In this document: piece after piece, positions 37,251 to 48,052 of the stretch
How the letters are laid out: each line of letters starts with the position of its first letter
Numbering within the stretch: position 1 is the stretch's first letter
DNA from: Minisyncoccota bacterium
GTDB taxonomy: Bacteria > Patescibacteriota > Minisyncoccia > Phycocordibacterales > UBA9973
Direction of reading: 5' to 3'
Length of the DNA stretch: 64,000 nucleotides
Assembly: GCA_039915165.1 (NCBI GenBank)
Contig: JBDSNU010000017.1
Span: forward strand, 2,041-66,040
The notes under the pieces: generated by a model
Told to the model about the DNA's origin: nothing
The model's input: the letters and a program-made list of their open reading frames with translations, nothing else
Database searches by the model: none
Made by a program: the position numbers and the translations under genes

Positions 37251-38372
37251 TTACTCTTTCTTAATTGATATTTTTGAATAAAGTTTTGTGAACTCTGTAG
37301 AAATTTCTGGCCAGGTAAAATGTGTAATATTTTTTGAATAGTGTGATTTTAATTCAATACAAGCATTTGGATTATCAAGTAAGAAAGAGGTTTTTTCATA
37401 AAAGCTTGCGGGGTCTTTTGTTTTTGCCAATATTCCAAAACCAAATTTTTCATGAGTGATAATATGGGCGGGAGTATCTGCAACTATAGTTACAAGATTG
37501 GAAGCAACTGCCTCCAGTGACACTCGTTCAAAAACTTCTGTACTTGAAGGGAAAAGAAAAATATCTGAAGATGCATAGATAGTTGAGAGCTCGGCTCCTT
37601 GCTTATGTCCCAAAAATAATGCTGTAGGCAATAATTTTCTCAAGGCTTCTTTTGCAGGGCCTTCACCAACAATTACTAATGCAAAATCAGTACGATTTTT
37701 TTTAAGCATAGCATAGGTGTCTGCTAGTGTTTTAATATCTTTATACCACACTAGTCTACCAACATAGAGTAGTATAGTTTTTTGATTCTCTTTAAGAATA
37801 GTATGGCGCCATGCCTCAGAGCGAAATGCCGCACTAAATTTTTCTGTATCCACGCCCCATGCTATTGTTTTTACATTTTTTATATTGCGTTCAGCAAGCT
37901 CATTTGTTGCACCATATGATGGGGTAGTGACTACGTCCATTTTATTGTATAAGTTGCTCAGATACTTCCACAATATTGGCTTTAATGAAGAGAGGTGGAA
38001 GTAATTAAGATATCTACCAAAATTAGTGTGATATGTTGCTGCTATAGGAACTTTATATTTCTTAGCAAACCTTAACGCAGCCCATGCTGAGGTTTCAGGA
38101 CTGTGGACATGTAAAATATCGGGCTTGAAATCAAGCAATGCTTTCTCAAAGCCTTTTATGCCAGGGAGAGGGATTTTGTATTCTTTATAAAGTGGAAAAG
38201 AAAGAGATGTTGTTTTAATTACAGGCACAGGCACAATAAAATCTTCATCAACATGTCCTGTTATAATGATCACCTCGTCACCTTTTTTGACTGATTCGTT
38301 GATAAGATCAAGTAATACTAATCCTACGCCATCTTCTTTTTTGATAGTACCTACAAAGTGAGCAATTCTCAT
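37251..38372 (-). CDS. GT4 family glycosyltransferase
   Basis: PDILHVHSP, YHTNF, LLYVGRL, IVGEGP, YASSDIFLFPSSTE. Confidence 0.9.
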   Translation of the reverse strand: MRIAHFVGTIKKEDGVGLVLLDLINESVKKGDEVIIITGHVDEDFIVPVPVIKTTSLSFPLYKEYKIPLPGIKGFEKALLDFKPDILHVHSPETSAWAALRFAKKYKVPIAATYHTNFGRYLNYFHLSSLKPILWKYLSNLYNKMDVVTTPSYGATNELAERNIKNVKTIAWGVDTEKFSAAFRSEAWRHTILKENQKTILLYVGRLVWYKDIKTLADTYAMLKKNRTDFALVIVGEGPAKEALRKLLPTALFLGHKQGAELSTIYASSDIFLFPSSTEVFERVSLEAVASNLVTIVADTPAHIITHEKFGFGILAKTKDPASFYEKTSFLLDNPNACIELKSHYSKNITHFTWPEISTEFTKLYSKISIKKE

Positions 38373-38406
38373 AAGATGGTATTGTACATTATTTAATTCC
38401 GGCGTG

Positions 38407-39342
38407 TTAGTTTGCCTTTTTAATCCAGATGTAAAGATCCTCAATTGCTTTCACTGCATCTCCAGCAGCGATGTTGTTTTGGTGATAGAGGCCATCAGTA
38501 CAATCTCCTGCAGCCCACATGCCTTCAACGCTAGTACGCTGGTTCTTTGGGTCAACAATAACTTTCTTGTATTCGTTTAAGGCTACGGTACCGGCTACGA
38601 GGTCAGTGTTTGGCAACTGTCCTATTTCTACGAAGACTGCATTCACGGCAAGTTCAATACTTTCTTCACTACCATTGTTTTTATATGTCAGGCCGTTAAC
38701 GAACATGTCACCCTTTACTTCTGCTAAGGTAACATTAGTAAGTACTGTTACATTTGTTAATGCGCGAACTTTTTCGACAGTGATCTCATCGGCGCGAAAT
38801 TCGTTACTGCGATGTAATAGGGTAACGTGTGAAGTGTAGGCGGCGAGTTGCAGTACCGCTTCAAGTGCAGCGTTTCCTCCACCAATCACTGCTACCGGCT
38901 GCCCACTAAAGAGTGGTCCATCACATGATGCACAATAGGTAATACCTTTGTTGTCGAACTCTACCGCTCCAGGCACTTCGATGTGTCGATGGCGAGACCC
39001 TGTTGCTACGAGTACACTCTTGGCAGTAAATGATTCTTTGTCAGTTGTTACCACAAAACCTTCTTCGGACTTCGTTACTAAGTTGGCCCGGTGCCCAATG
39101 GAAAGGGTGAGAGTATTGTTGTCTTTGGCATAGTATTCGAGATGAGACTGCAGGGTCTTTGCAAGATCGGGGCCAGTAATTTCTGGTGTACCAATCCAGT
39201 TGAAAATAGTATCAGATACAATAGACTGACCTCCTATCTCCTCTGCGATGACCAATGTATTGAGTCGTTTACGTGCTGCATATACTGCGGCAGAGACGCC
39301 AGCTGGAGCTCCTCCAATAATAATTAGGTCATAGGTATTCAT
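38407..39342 (-). CDS. trxB: Thioredoxin reductase-like FAD oxidoreductase
   Basis: IIGGAPAG, CASCDG, VIGGGNAA, AAGDCTD. Confidence 0.85.
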   Translation of the reverse strand: MNTYDLIIIGGAPAGVSAAVYAARKRLNTLVIAEEIGGQSIVSDTIFNWIGTPEITGPDLAKTLQSHLEYYAKDNNTLTLSIGHRANLVTKSEEGFVVTTDKESFTAKSVLVATGSRHRHIEVPGAVEFDNKGITYCASCDGPLFSGQPVAVIGGGNAALEAVLQLAAYTSHVTLLHRSNEFRADEITVEKVRALTNVTVLTNVTLAEVKGDMFVNGLTYKNNGSEESIELAVNAVFVEIGQLPNTDLVAGTVALNEYKKVIVDPKNQRTSVEGMWAAGDCTDGLYHQNNIAAGDAVKAIEDLYIWIKKAN

Positions 39343-39449
39343 AAGGTAATTATACTCTAGTCGTCAAGAAAAAAGAAAAATAGGGTCAGGTACTATTGAC
39401 ATTTTGATCAAAATGTGTATAATATAATCAAACTTAAAAAGCAAAAAAC

Positions 39450-39650
39450 ATGCAAAACAACGCAGTGAGAACTAGTCGCATCCCGAGGGATTTGCTTATG
39501 TGTGGATTTGGCGAACCGCTAATCAGAACACCAAAGAAATTTAATGTAGCAGTAAACGTTCCTGATAAGGGAATTAAAACTTTTACACTGCCATCTGGCT
39601 ACGAAAACCATGAATTGTTAAACGAAGAGCTTGATGAAATAGTTGAATAA
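39450..39650 (+). CDS. Small orphan protein
   Basis: Near-consensus TTGACA...TATAAT promoter and terminator. Confidence 0.5.
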   Translation: MQNNAVRTSRIPRDLLMCGFGEPLIRTPKKFNVAVNVPDKGIKTFTLPSGYENHELLNEELDEIVE

Positions 39651-39721
39651 CAATTTTCATCCAAAAAAGCCTCAACATACTTAGATATGGTGAGGCTTTT
39701 CTTTTTGGTAATTAGTAAAAA

Positions 39722-40948
39722 TTATTTTTTATTGCGGCGGAGAAATGCTGGAATTGCGCCCCAGTCTTCTTCTTCATTGCCTTCCGGTTCGATCACTTCT
39801 GGTTCAGTTGCAGGACGGATGTCTGCTTTTTGTACCATTGGACGAACTGGCTCTCGTTCAACTTGCTGTTGAGGCATTTGTTGTTGAACTGCTGGCTGTT
39901 GTTGCTGCTGTAATGGAGCGGGTGCTGATTGCTGTTCTGCACGATTGAAGAGTTGTGCATTACCGCCAAACAGATTTTGCTTTTTTGAAGTGTCAGTAGG
40001 GAATCCTGTAGCGATCACAGTGATTTTCATTTCACCTTTTTTCATACGATCATCAACGATGGTACCGATGATAACGCGAGCGTCTTTGTCGATTGATTCG
40101 GTGATTACTTTTGCTGAGTCCTGGAATTCAGCCATAGTGAGGTCATCATTGGAAGAGATGGCGAATAGTACGCCACGAGCACCGTTAATAGAGATATCAA
40201 GCAAAGGAGAGTTAATAGCTTGGATGGCAGCTTTTTCAGCACGACCTTCACCAGAAGCACTACCAACACCCATCAATGCTGTACCAGCATCAGTGAGGAC
40301 TGATTTCATATCGGCGAAGTCGACGTTGATGATACCTGGAGAGGCAATAAGATCAGAGATGCCTTCAACTGCCTGACGAAGTACCTCATCACACTTGGCA
40401 AATGCATCCTTGAATGTTGTGTCCTTGCCAGCGATAGCAAGCAATCGGTCGTTAGGAATAACGATGATAGCATCTACTTCACTTTCAAGTTCTTCAATAC
40501 CGCGCTCAGCGATTTTCATGCGCTGGTTACCCTCGAAGAAGAATGGCTTTGTAACCACAGCAACAGTCAGGATACCCTGTTCTTTTGCTGCACGTGCTAC
40601 TACTGGAGCAGCACCTGTTCCTGTACCACCGCCCATTCCACAAGCGATGAATACCATGTCGGCACCCTTCACTGCATCTTGAATTTCGGCTTTTGTTTCC
40701 TCGGCTGCACGCATACCCACTTCTGGGTTCATGCCGGCTCCAAGACCCTTAGTAAGATTCTTACCAAGGTGAATTTTCTTTTCTGCGGCTGACTTGTGCA
40801 AATCCTGCACGTCAGTATTCATAACGATAAATTCCACAGAACGGACTCTTCCTCCGATCATATGGTTTACGGCATTGCTGCCTGATCCACCCACGCCAAT
40901 CACTTTGATGCGCGCGGCAGTTTCAATTTCTGGGCTTAATTTTGGCAT
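39722..40948 (-). CDS. ftsZ: Cell division protein FtsZ
   Basis: [34 protein letters not shown] tail. Confidence 0.98.
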   Translation of the reverse strand: MPKLSPEIETAARIKVIGVGGSGSNAVNHMIGGRVRSVEFIVMNTDVQDLHKSAAEKKIHLGKNLTKGLGAGMNPEVGMRAAEETKAEIQDAVKGADMVFIACGMGGGTGTGAAPVVARAAKEQGILTVAVVTKPFFFEGNQRMKIAERGIEELESEVDAIIVIPNDRLLAIAGKDTTFKDAFAKCDEVLRQAVEGISDLIASPGIINVDFADMKSVLTDAGTALMGVGSASGEGRAEKAAIQAINSPLLDISINGARGVLFAISSNDDLTMAEFQDSAKVITESIDKDARVIIGTIVDDRMKKGEMKITVIATGFPTDTSKKQNLFGGNAQLFNRAEQQSAPAPLQQQQQPAVQQQMPQQQVEREPVRPMVQKADIRPATEPEVIEPEGNEEEDWGAIPAFLRRNKK

Positions 40949-41069
40949 ATTTCACTCTCCCTTCCACGGGCTATTGCTATGGTGACAATAGTACCACAAG
41001 GCGTTAAAAGGGCAATCAGCATTGACAATAAAGGATATTAGTAGTATTTTTTGAGAAACCCTAACCATT

Positions 41070-41273
41070 ATGTGCAACATAAGACGCCCGATCATTACTG
41101 ACGAGTTCGTCAATAGTGATCCACTCGATGTAAAATATTTATTGTCAGGAGGAGGAGTAAGTAATATTACTTCAGCAAAAGAGTTTGCAGCAACGATCGA
41201 TGAGTTACCTCAAAAATTATCACCATTTGATGTTATTATCCCGATTGCTGATATTTATTTCCCCCGACACTAA
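41070..41273 (+). CDS. Small orphan protein inserted antisense between ftsA and ftsZ
   Basis: TTGACA promoter near 41022; hairpin terminator near 41278-41310. Confidence 0.45.
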   Translation: MCNIRRPIITDEFVNSDPLDVKYLLSGGGVSNITSAKEFAATIDELPQKLSPFDVIIPIADIYFPRH

Positions 41274-41315
41274 ATAAAAAGCTTTCCCATACTATTATGA
41301 GAAAGCTTTTTTTAT

Positions 41316-42506
41316 TTACGGAATTAATTGTTTGAAGAATGCTTTGATAGTGTCTACGATACCGTCGCCGTCACCACTACTGATCTTGGGCATGATGGAT
41401 TTGCGAGTACTAGTTGAACCACCTTGCTGACTTTCTTCATTACTTGCAGCAATTGCATACGCAACAAGTAGCCGGTTATCTTTCACAGGACCCTTGGTGC
41501 CTGGCAGATCAACATGGGCTACCTTAACCGGTATACGTAACAAGCCTTTTGCAACAGGGTCAACAAGCTGCATGCGACTACCGCCGCCAATAATAATTGC
41601 TCCTGCTGGTAACAGTCCGCTACGACCAATCTTTTTAAAATACTTATCTATTAGTTCAAAAATATCTGATAGTCGTGCATCAATAATCTCATCAAGTTTC
41701 TTCTTGGGTGCATGTTGAAATGAAACAGTGCCCAGCTTAATACTCTCAGCTTCTTCTGGAGTCACACGCAAACCAAGTGCAATGTCTTTTGTAATATCTA
41801 ATGAGCCGAGTCCAAATACAAAAAGGGAAGTCAGGGTATTGTTTTCAAATACAGATACAGAAACAGTCTCTGCCCCGATGTCGATCAGACTACAACCGAA
41901 GTTGCGTTGTAGATCTGTTAATAAAAGTTTTTGTGTAGCAAGAGGGGTAGCGGTGAAGCCACTGATACGAATGCCAATATCATGAGCCACCGCAAGTAAG
42001 TCATCGAGGTGTTGCTGGAAACAAGTGACAAACAATGTTTTCACTTCTAGTTTGATGCCATTGATTCCTTCAGGGCGAGCAGGCAGTTCCTTGCCGTCTA
42101 CACGGAAGACAATCGGAAAGGCATGAAGGATAGCTTTGTTTTTGAGGTCAATATGAGTTTCAGAGTCCGCTATAGCTTTTTCAATATCAAATTTACTAAT
42201 GATGCCGTCAGCTCGTGAAGCGATAGCATTACCGATTGCATATTCAGAACCAATGCCAACACCGCCAATGGCAATAGCAGCTGTTTTGATTTTGGTGCCA
42301 AGCTCCTTTTCTACTTCTGAGATTGCCTGACGAAGACTCGCTGATACTTCTTCACGGTTAGTGATATAGCCATGACGCATACCACGAGTTTCAACAGATG
42401 CATGTGCCGCAATTTTTGGAAGCGAGCCAGTGCCGTCATCAATACACGCTACGACGCGAGTCATAGAAGTACCAATATCAATACCGATTCGTAGCTGTTG
42501 CTTCAT
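41316..42506 (-). CDS. ftsA: Cell division protein FtsA
   Basis: GIDIGTS, GMRHGYI, LIDIGAET, ITKDIALGL, LPAGAIIIGGGS. Confidence 0.93.
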   Translation of the reverse strand: MKQQLRIGIDIGTSMTRVVACIDDGTGSLPKIAAHASVETRGMRHGYITNREEVSASLRQAISEVEKELGTKIKTAAIAIGGVGIGSEYAIGNAIASRADGIISKFDIEKAIADSETHIDLKNKAILHAFPIVFRVDGKELPARPEGINGIKLEVKTLFVTCFQQHLDDLLAVAHDIGIRISGFTATPLATQKLLLTDLQRNFGCSLIDIGAETVSVSVFENNTLTSLFVFGLGSLDITKDIALGLRVTPEEAESIKLGTVSFQHAPKKKLDEIIDARLSDIFELIDKYFKKIGRSGLLPAGAIIIGGGSRMQLVDPVAKGLLRIPVKVAHVDLPGTKGPVKDNRLLVAYAIAASNEESQQGGSTSTRKSIMPKISSGDGDGIVDTIKAFFKQLIP

Positions 42507-42509
42507 GTG

Positions 42510-42893
42510 TTAGTTAAAAAGTGCGAGGTAATCCCGCTCCTTACGCTCCATTGTACTCCCATGTTCGTATCCTTTCAAATGCAACATGCTGTGGATGATA
42601 ATAAAAATGAGATATTGATCGTATTCCATATCAAAATCTTTGTATTCACGACGCATTGCAGAGCGACAAAGAATAATTTCTCCACTGGTTTCAGAAAGAG
42701 GGAATGATAATGTATTGGGAATGTAGTCCTTGTTACGATGAGTAATGTTTAATGCCTGTGCTTCTGCTGGTGCAACAAAACGAATTGAGAGTTCGTATTT
42801 CTTGCCGAGAATTTTTTCCTTCATTGCCAAAAAAGGCACGCTGGGTAGCGTGCCTTTTGAGGATACTGTCATTGTGTCAGTATCGAGTGTCAT
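42510..42893 (-). CDS. ybeY: rRNA maturation RNase YbeY
   Basis: RNKDYIPNTLSFP, IHSMLHLKGYEH. Confidence 0.9.
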   Translation of the reverse strand: MTLDTDTMTVSSKGTLPSVPFLAMKEKILGKKYELSIRFVAPAEAQALNITHRNKDYIPNTLSFPLSETSGEIILCRSAMRREYKDFDMEYDQYLIFIIIHSMLHLKGYEHGSTMERKERDYLALFN

Positions 42894-42895
42894 AA

Positions 42896-43120
42896 TTACA
42901 TCTTTCCGAGCTTTTTGAGTTTTTCAACTTCTACACGGCGAGACAGGCGACGGATCTTCATGTTCTTTTCCGCTAGTTTTGAAATTGGACGAATATTGTA
43001 TTTCTGTCCTTTTACTTTCGGGATGATTCCGCTTTCTTGCATCTTGCGACTGAAACGACGAATAACACCGAGGGCGTTTTCTGTTCCATTTCTTTTGATT
43101 TCTACATTAGTCATTGGCAT
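42896..43120 (-). CDS. rpsU: 30S ribosomal protein S21
   Basis: NVEIKRNGTENALGVIRRFSRKMQESGII. Confidence 0.75.
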   Translation of the reverse strand: MPMTNVEIKRNGTENALGVIRRFSRKMQESGIIPKVKGQKYNIRPISKLAEKNMKIRRLSRRVEVEKLKKLGKM

Positions 43121-43165
43121 GGGAGTGATAATAACACGGCTTTTATTATCCTGCAACCAATTTTA

Positions 43166-43298
43166 GGGGACTGTCCCCATCGATTCGCTCTAAAATAAAG
43201 GGGTCTGACCCTATTTCTAAAGTATCCTTTATATTAATACTAGTTTTAGCCTTATTTTAAAGAAAAACATATTTGATGAAATCTCGAGACCTGTCCCC
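43166..43298. repeat. GGGGWCTGWCCCC REP-like palindromes
   Basis: GGGGACTGTCCCC at 43166, GGGGTCTGACCC at 43200, GACCTGTCCCC near 43288. Confidence 0.5.
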
Positions 43299-43360
43299 AA
43301 AGAATATATTGACTTTATAAGAAAATTAGGTAAAGTACTTAAAAATTAAATAACGTAACA

Positions 43361-43843
43361 ATGAAAAAAATAGTATGTATCGTAGTTGTGATGGCATTTG
43401 TCATTACACAATTTTCTTGTATTAAAGAAGCGTTCAAGGTTTATTATTTCCCTAAGACGCACTTCCTGGCATTAGATCATGATCCATATACTGGAAATCC
43501 TTTGCCTGATACGACTTCCTTTTTGCTACTAACGGGGCCTATTGGTGATGACTTAATAATGAGCTGTCGTACAATCTATAAAAATAGGATGACAGGTTTA
43601 ATCCTCAGTACAGGGCACAGTACAATAGACAACTTGCCGGACGACAGAATTTTTTTTGGACCAGATGAGGTGAGAGTTCCTCTTAAGTTCGGCTCTGTTA
43701 TCACTACTAGTCCTGATAGTTTGCGATTTAAGGCAGATAGTATAATAGCCGGTAGGCAATACGTGATATTGCGACGCCGCAATAATCCAGCATCACCTGA
43801 GAAAGATTATTTTGTCATCGAAACACTATCCGCAACTCAATGA
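43361..43843 (+). CDS. Orphan putative lipoprotein
   Basis: MKKIVCIVVVMAFVITQFSC; own promoter and terminator. Confidence 0.6.
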   Translation: MKKIVCIVVVMAFVITQFSCIKEAFKVYYFPKTHFLALDHDPYTGNPLPDTTSFLLLTGPIGDDLIMSCRTIYKNRMTGLILSTGHSTIDNLPDDRIFFGPDEVRVPLKFGSVITTSPDSLRFKADSIIAGRQYVILRRRNNPASPEKDYFVIETLSATQ

Positions 43844-43895
43844 TCAAAGTACTCGGAGTACTTAAAAGCCGCCATTCCTTGGACGGCTTTTATTT

Positions 43896-45773
43896 TTATA
43901 ATCGCTCTGGGTTTTCTTCAATCATATAAGGGAAATGAAGTGAAGTCAGGAATGAAGCCAATGATGGACCTTCTTCTTCAATATAAGAGGTATTGGTTTT
44001 GAGGATCCAAGTCAGCAAGACTTTCATGCTGCCAACACTGATACGTCGCGCTGGCATCATTGTTGCTTCCATATCTGTAAGAAAGGCCTGCATCTTTTCA
44101 ATAACTGCAAGACGATAGCCTTCAGGGACGGTTAAGCTAATTTTTATAATACTGCCATATGGTGGATAGCCAATTTCTTTTCGTAATACTAATTCCTCAG
44201 CAATCAATGAATTAATTTTTTGTGTCTCAAGCTGCTTAATCAAAGGAAACTCAGGCTGGCGAGTAAAAAGTAGTACACCATCAGATGCTTTTTCATTACA
44301 TTCCATTACTAACCGCAATGTATTTTCTGTTGTATAGAGTGATGGTGTTGAAAGCAGTCGATCGAAAAATGGAAAAAGTGTGTAATTAATATTTTTTAAA
44401 AATGGCAATACTTTTATTGTGCCAATGATTACGGAAAACTTTTGCTTCTCTGTATTTGCAAGCAGTGTTTCAATGGTGTTGCCATTAGGGGTCAGGTCGT
44501 CATCAATTGTGGTCACTGCTTCATATCCAACAAGTGCAGCAATGGCATCACGAATACTTTCCGTGCCAATTGATACAGGGGTAATATTCCAACTACCACA
44601 ATAGGTACAAGTATGTGATGCAGGCAATGTAGCTACGCAATGAGTGCAGACGAAATACCGCTCTTCGAGTCCTTCGCTGTTACGGCGATTTTTCAATACC
44701 ATTGGCAGTCCGCATACTTCACAGGTCACTATGGTGCCACAGTCAGCACAGCGGGACAGTGGGGCAACACCTTTACGGGTAGCGTATATGTACAGCCGCT
44801 TCTTTTTTGTTTCAGCGTGACGAATGATCTCGATCACTTCTGTTGGCAAGATGGTTCGATACGGCTCTACGGGGACCACATGAAGCTTGTCGGCAATAAA
44901 GGCCCGTGGTAATTGGGTTTTTTGTGTTCGCTCTAATGTTTCAAATCGTGGAATAGTATCTCCCCAGCATAGTTGCAATTGTGCTGACTTGGCAAACGCT
45001 CCTAAAAATATTCGTAAATCAGTTTTGAAGCGGTCACTACTTTTATATAAAGAATTACTCTCATCTTCAACGATCAATGTGCCGATATCATGACGGGGCA
45101 ATACTGAGTATCCCGGTGTAGCAAATATGATCAACGGGCGATCACTTTGCTTGATCAATGCAAATGCGCTGCGCAAATCTTTTTTTGTCGCCTTACTGTG
45201 AACTGTTACAACGTGTTTAGGAATACCTTTTTGTAAAATACTTTTCCATTGCTCGAGATTTTTAATTGTAGGAGCAATAAATAAAATACTTCTCTTCGCA
45301 GCAAAAGAAGTACGGATCAGTCGTTTGTAATAATCAGTACGATCAACAATGGTGCCAACTACACTTTCTTCTTTGTATGATTTTTTATTTATTTCTTGTT
45401 CGGCGGCGTCTGATGCGATGACAATTTTTTCAACTGTTACATAATCAAACAGAGTACTTGGCATGACGCATCCGGCAATTGCTCCTAGAGGACTCAGTGT
45501 GCGTGCTGAAGTTTCTACGAGGCCATCAATGACTGCTCCAAGTAATGGAACATGGCCAACTGTAGAGGTGATTTTTTTTAATGCGAACGATGCCTGCTTG
45601 GTTGCAGTTTTGGCTTCCGATAGGTTGTGGCACTCTGCGATAATTGCATTGATTTTTTGTTTGCCGAAGGGGACAGAAACAATTGTGCCGCGATCAAGAA
45701 GCTCGGCACTATAGTAGCTAAGTGTGTCAAAAGGGATGCCTTTACTGATTGGAATGACTGTTGCGATGTACAT
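43896..45773 (-). CDS. priA: Primosomal protein N' (PriA, helicase motifs degenerate)
   Basis: GTIVSVPFG, four CxxC pairs, GTE, RKEIGYPPY. Confidence 0.85.
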   Translation of the reverse strand: MYIATVIPISKGIPFDTLSYYSAELLDRGTIVSVPFGKQKINAIIAECHNLSEAKTATKQASFALKKITSTVGHVPLLGAVIDGLVETSARTLSPLGAIAGCVMPSTLFDYVTVEKIVIASDAAEQEINKKSYKEESVVGTIVDRTDYYKRLIRTSFAAKRSILFIAPTIKNLEQWKSILQKGIPKHVVTVHSKATKKDLRSAFALIKQSDRPLIIFATPGYSVLPRHDIGTLIVEDESNSLYKSSDRFKTDLRIFLGAFAKSAQLQLCWGDTIPRFETLERTQKTQLPRAFIADKLHVVPVEPYRTILPTEVIEIIRHAETKKKRLYIYATRKGVAPLSRCADCGTIVTCEVCGLPMVLKNRRNSEGLEERYFVCTHCVATLPASHTCTYCGSWNITPVSIGTESIRDAIAALVGYEAVTTIDDDLTPNGNTIETLLANTEKQKFSVIIGTIKVLPFLKNINYTLFPFFDRLLSTPSLYTTENTLRLVMECNEKASDGVLLFTRQPEFPLIKQLETQKINSLIAEELVLRKEIGYPPYGSIIKISLTVPEGYRLAVIEKMQAFLTDMEATMMPARRISVGSMKVLLTWILKTNTSYIEEEGPSLASFLTSLHFPYMIEENPERL

Positions 45774-45828
45774 ATTTTTTCAGCGCGCTTTACATCAGTG
45801 CTAAGGCCACTATACTATAGTCATTCAT

Positions 45829-46848
45829 ATGTGGAAACTTCCCGGAAAAAAGAAGCTCGGAATTGATCTTGGTACTGCCAATACGCTAGTTTTTATGGCA
45901 GGAAGCGGCATTGTGCTCAACGAGCCGACTGTGGTAGCAATCAACCGTACTACTAAATCAATTGAGGCAATTGGTAATGATGCAAAAGACATGATCGGTA
46001 AAACACCCGACTCTGTTTCTGTGCACCGACCTATGCAAGATGGTGTAATTGCCAACTATACTGTGACCTATGCTATGTTGCACCACTTCATAAACAAAGC
46101 CTTAGGACGAACATCCTTGTTCAAGCCTGATGTACTTGTTTCTGTTCCTGTTGGCATTACTTCAACGGAGCGTCGTGCTGTGATCGAAGCAACGATGAAA
46201 GCCGGTGCGCGCACTGCAATCATTGTGAAAGAACCAATTCTGGCGGCTCTAGGTGCTGGTGTTCCTATTAATGAAGCTCGCGGCTGTATGATCATCGACT
46301 CAGGTGGCGGTACGACTGATGTCGCAGTGATCTCTCTCGGCGGTATTATTGCTTCGACGTCTGTAAAATGTGCCGGTAATAAATTTGATCAAGCGATCAT
46401 CGACTATATTCGTCATACATATAATGTAGCGATTGGTGATCAGACTGCAGAAGAAATTAAAAAAACACTGTGCTCAGCATTGGCAGTAAATCCAGATGTC
46501 AGTGGGGAAGTAAAAGGACGCGACATTGTTACAGGCTTGCCAAAAACACTGACTATTACTACAAATGAGCTAGTAAAGGCTATTCAGTATGAATTGGAAA
46601 TTATTATTAAGGCAATTAAGACTGTCTTGGAAAATACCCCACCAGAGCTAGCATCAGACATTATCGACTACGGTATTGTTATGACAGGCGGCACTTCATC
46701 ATTGGCACATCTACCAGAGCTTATTGAGCAGCAAACTGGTGTAAAGGTTCGTCTTGCTGATGATCCTTTATACTGTGTAGTAAAAGGCACTGGTGTATTG
46801 CTCGGACACCTTGATGATTATAAGCGTTCTATTTTAGCGAAAAGATAA
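45829..46848 (+). CDS. mreB: Rod shape-determining protein MreB
   Basis: GIDLGTANT, EPTVVA, RPMQDGVIA, IDSGGGTTDVA, PPELASDI. Confidence 0.96.
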   Translation: MWKLPGKKKLGIDLGTANTLVFMAGSGIVLNEPTVVAINRTTKSIEAIGNDAKDMIGKTPDSVSVHRPMQDGVIANYTVTYAMLHHFINKALGRTSLFKPDVLVSVPVGITSTERRAVIEATMKAGARTAIIVKEPILAALGAGVPINEARGCMIIDSGGGTTDVAVISLGGIIASTSVKCAGNKFDQAIIDYIRHTYNVAIGDQTAEEIKKTLCSALAVNPDVSGEVKGRDIVTGLPKTLTITTNELVKAIQYELEIIIKAIKTVLENTPPELASDIIDYGIVMTGGTSSLAHLPELIEQQTGVKVRLADDPLYCVVKGTGVLLGHLDDYKRSILAKR

Positions 46849-46860
46849 TACAATAGGTAT

Positions 46861-47490
46861 ATGACTATTGATGACTTCATAGCATCTGCCCCACAAAAAA
46901 CATTTTTATTACAAGGTGATGAAAATCAATTTGATGAGCTTTTTGCTACAGCTGTAGTAAATAATCCACTTACCAATGGCATGGCCGTACCACGCTTCAC
47001 TACTGACCATGCGAAAAATTTAGTAACATTTATCAACGAAGGCACAGGCACCGATAGATATTTTATTGTATATTTTTCTATTTTTTCTCCTGATGCAGCA
47101 GAGATCTTACTTAAATCTCTCGAAGAACCAGATCTTGATACAACTATTATTTTAATGACACCGCATCCTTATTTGGTGCCGGGAACTATTCGATCTCGAA
47201 CGATGCTTATACAATCCCACTCCGCACTGAGTGCTACGCGGGACGTCGCACCACGTATACTTTCAAGAGAGGTGGTGCTAGCCCAAATCAAAGATGAATT
47301 CGCCAGTGATGCAGATGACGATGCTGCAACGCGCCGAGCAAAAGCAATAGAGATGCTGGACATTCTTGAAGCCTATGTTCGATCGACTCCAAAAAAAGCC
47401 GATATAATTTATAAAGCCAAGGACATGCTCTTCGCTGGTAATCTGCCAACAAAGTATGTACTTGAATATGCGGCAAGTATGGTGCTCTAA
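46861..47490 (+). CDS. Divergent DNA polymerase III delta'-like protein
   Basis: AAEILLKSLEEP...TIRSR. Confidence 0.65.
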   Translation: MTIDDFIASAPQKTFLLQGDENQFDELFATAVVNNPLTNGMAVPRFTTDHAKNLVTFINEGTGTDRYFIVYFSIFSPDAAEILLKSLEEPDLDTTIILMTPHPYLVPGTIRSRTMLIQSHSALSATRDVAPRILSREVVLAQIKDEFASDADDDAATRRAKAIEMLDILEAYVRSTPKKADIIYKAKDMLFAGNLPTKYVLEYAASMVL

Positions 47491-47512
47491 CTTTATGGTA
47501 TAATCATTGTCT

Positions 47513-48049
47513 ATGTACGATTTAAACCCTTTCAAACAAGAAGTAAAACAAGCTCAAGAATGGCTTGTAAAAGAATATTCACAAATTCACACTGGTCGTG
47601 CTGCCCCAGCACTATTGGATGGAGTTAATGTAGAAGCCTACGGTTCATTTCAACCATTGAAGAATGTAGCCACTACTACTATTGAAGATCCAAAGACGCT
47701 TCGTATTTCACCGTGGGACAAAGGTCAGATCAAAGATATTGAGCGCGCATTGTATGCTGCTGACCTCAATTTCTCTGTAGTTGTTGATGATTCAGGTATT
47801 CGCGTTATCATTCCTGCACTAACTACTGAAACTCGTCAGAAACTTGCTAAGAGTGCAAAAGAACGTCTCGAAGATGCACGTATCACTATTCGCAAAGCCC
47901 GCGAAAGTGCTCTTGATGAATGTAAGAAACTTAGTCTTCCTGAAGATGCTATGCGTAATGCAAAAGAAGACATCCAGAAACTTGTTGATAGTGCAAACAA
48001 TGATCTTGAATCGTTGTACAAAAAGAAAGAAGGAGAAATTCTTAACTAA
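47513..48049 (+). CDS. frr: Ribosome recycling factor
   Basis: IHTGRAAPALLD, ISPWDK, IRVIIPALTTETR. Confidence 0.95.
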   Translation: MYDLNPFKQEVKQAQEWLVKEYSQIHTGRAAPALLDGVNVEAYGSFQPLKNVATTTIEDPKTLRISPWDKGQIKDIERALYAADLNFSVVVDDSGIRVIIPALTTETRQKLAKSAKERLEDARITIRKARESALDECKKLSLPEDAMRNAKEDIQKLVDSANNDLESLYKKKEGEILN

Positions 48050-48052
48050 TAT

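Noticed and set aside
39860-39940. Gln-rich tract in FtsZ
   Set aside because: It is an ordinary disordered linker before the conserved C-terminal peptide.
42061-42083. RPEGING in FtsA resembling the in-frame palindrome
   Set aside because: It falls on the native FtsA P.G..G..LEV motif and lacks the right arm of the palindrome.
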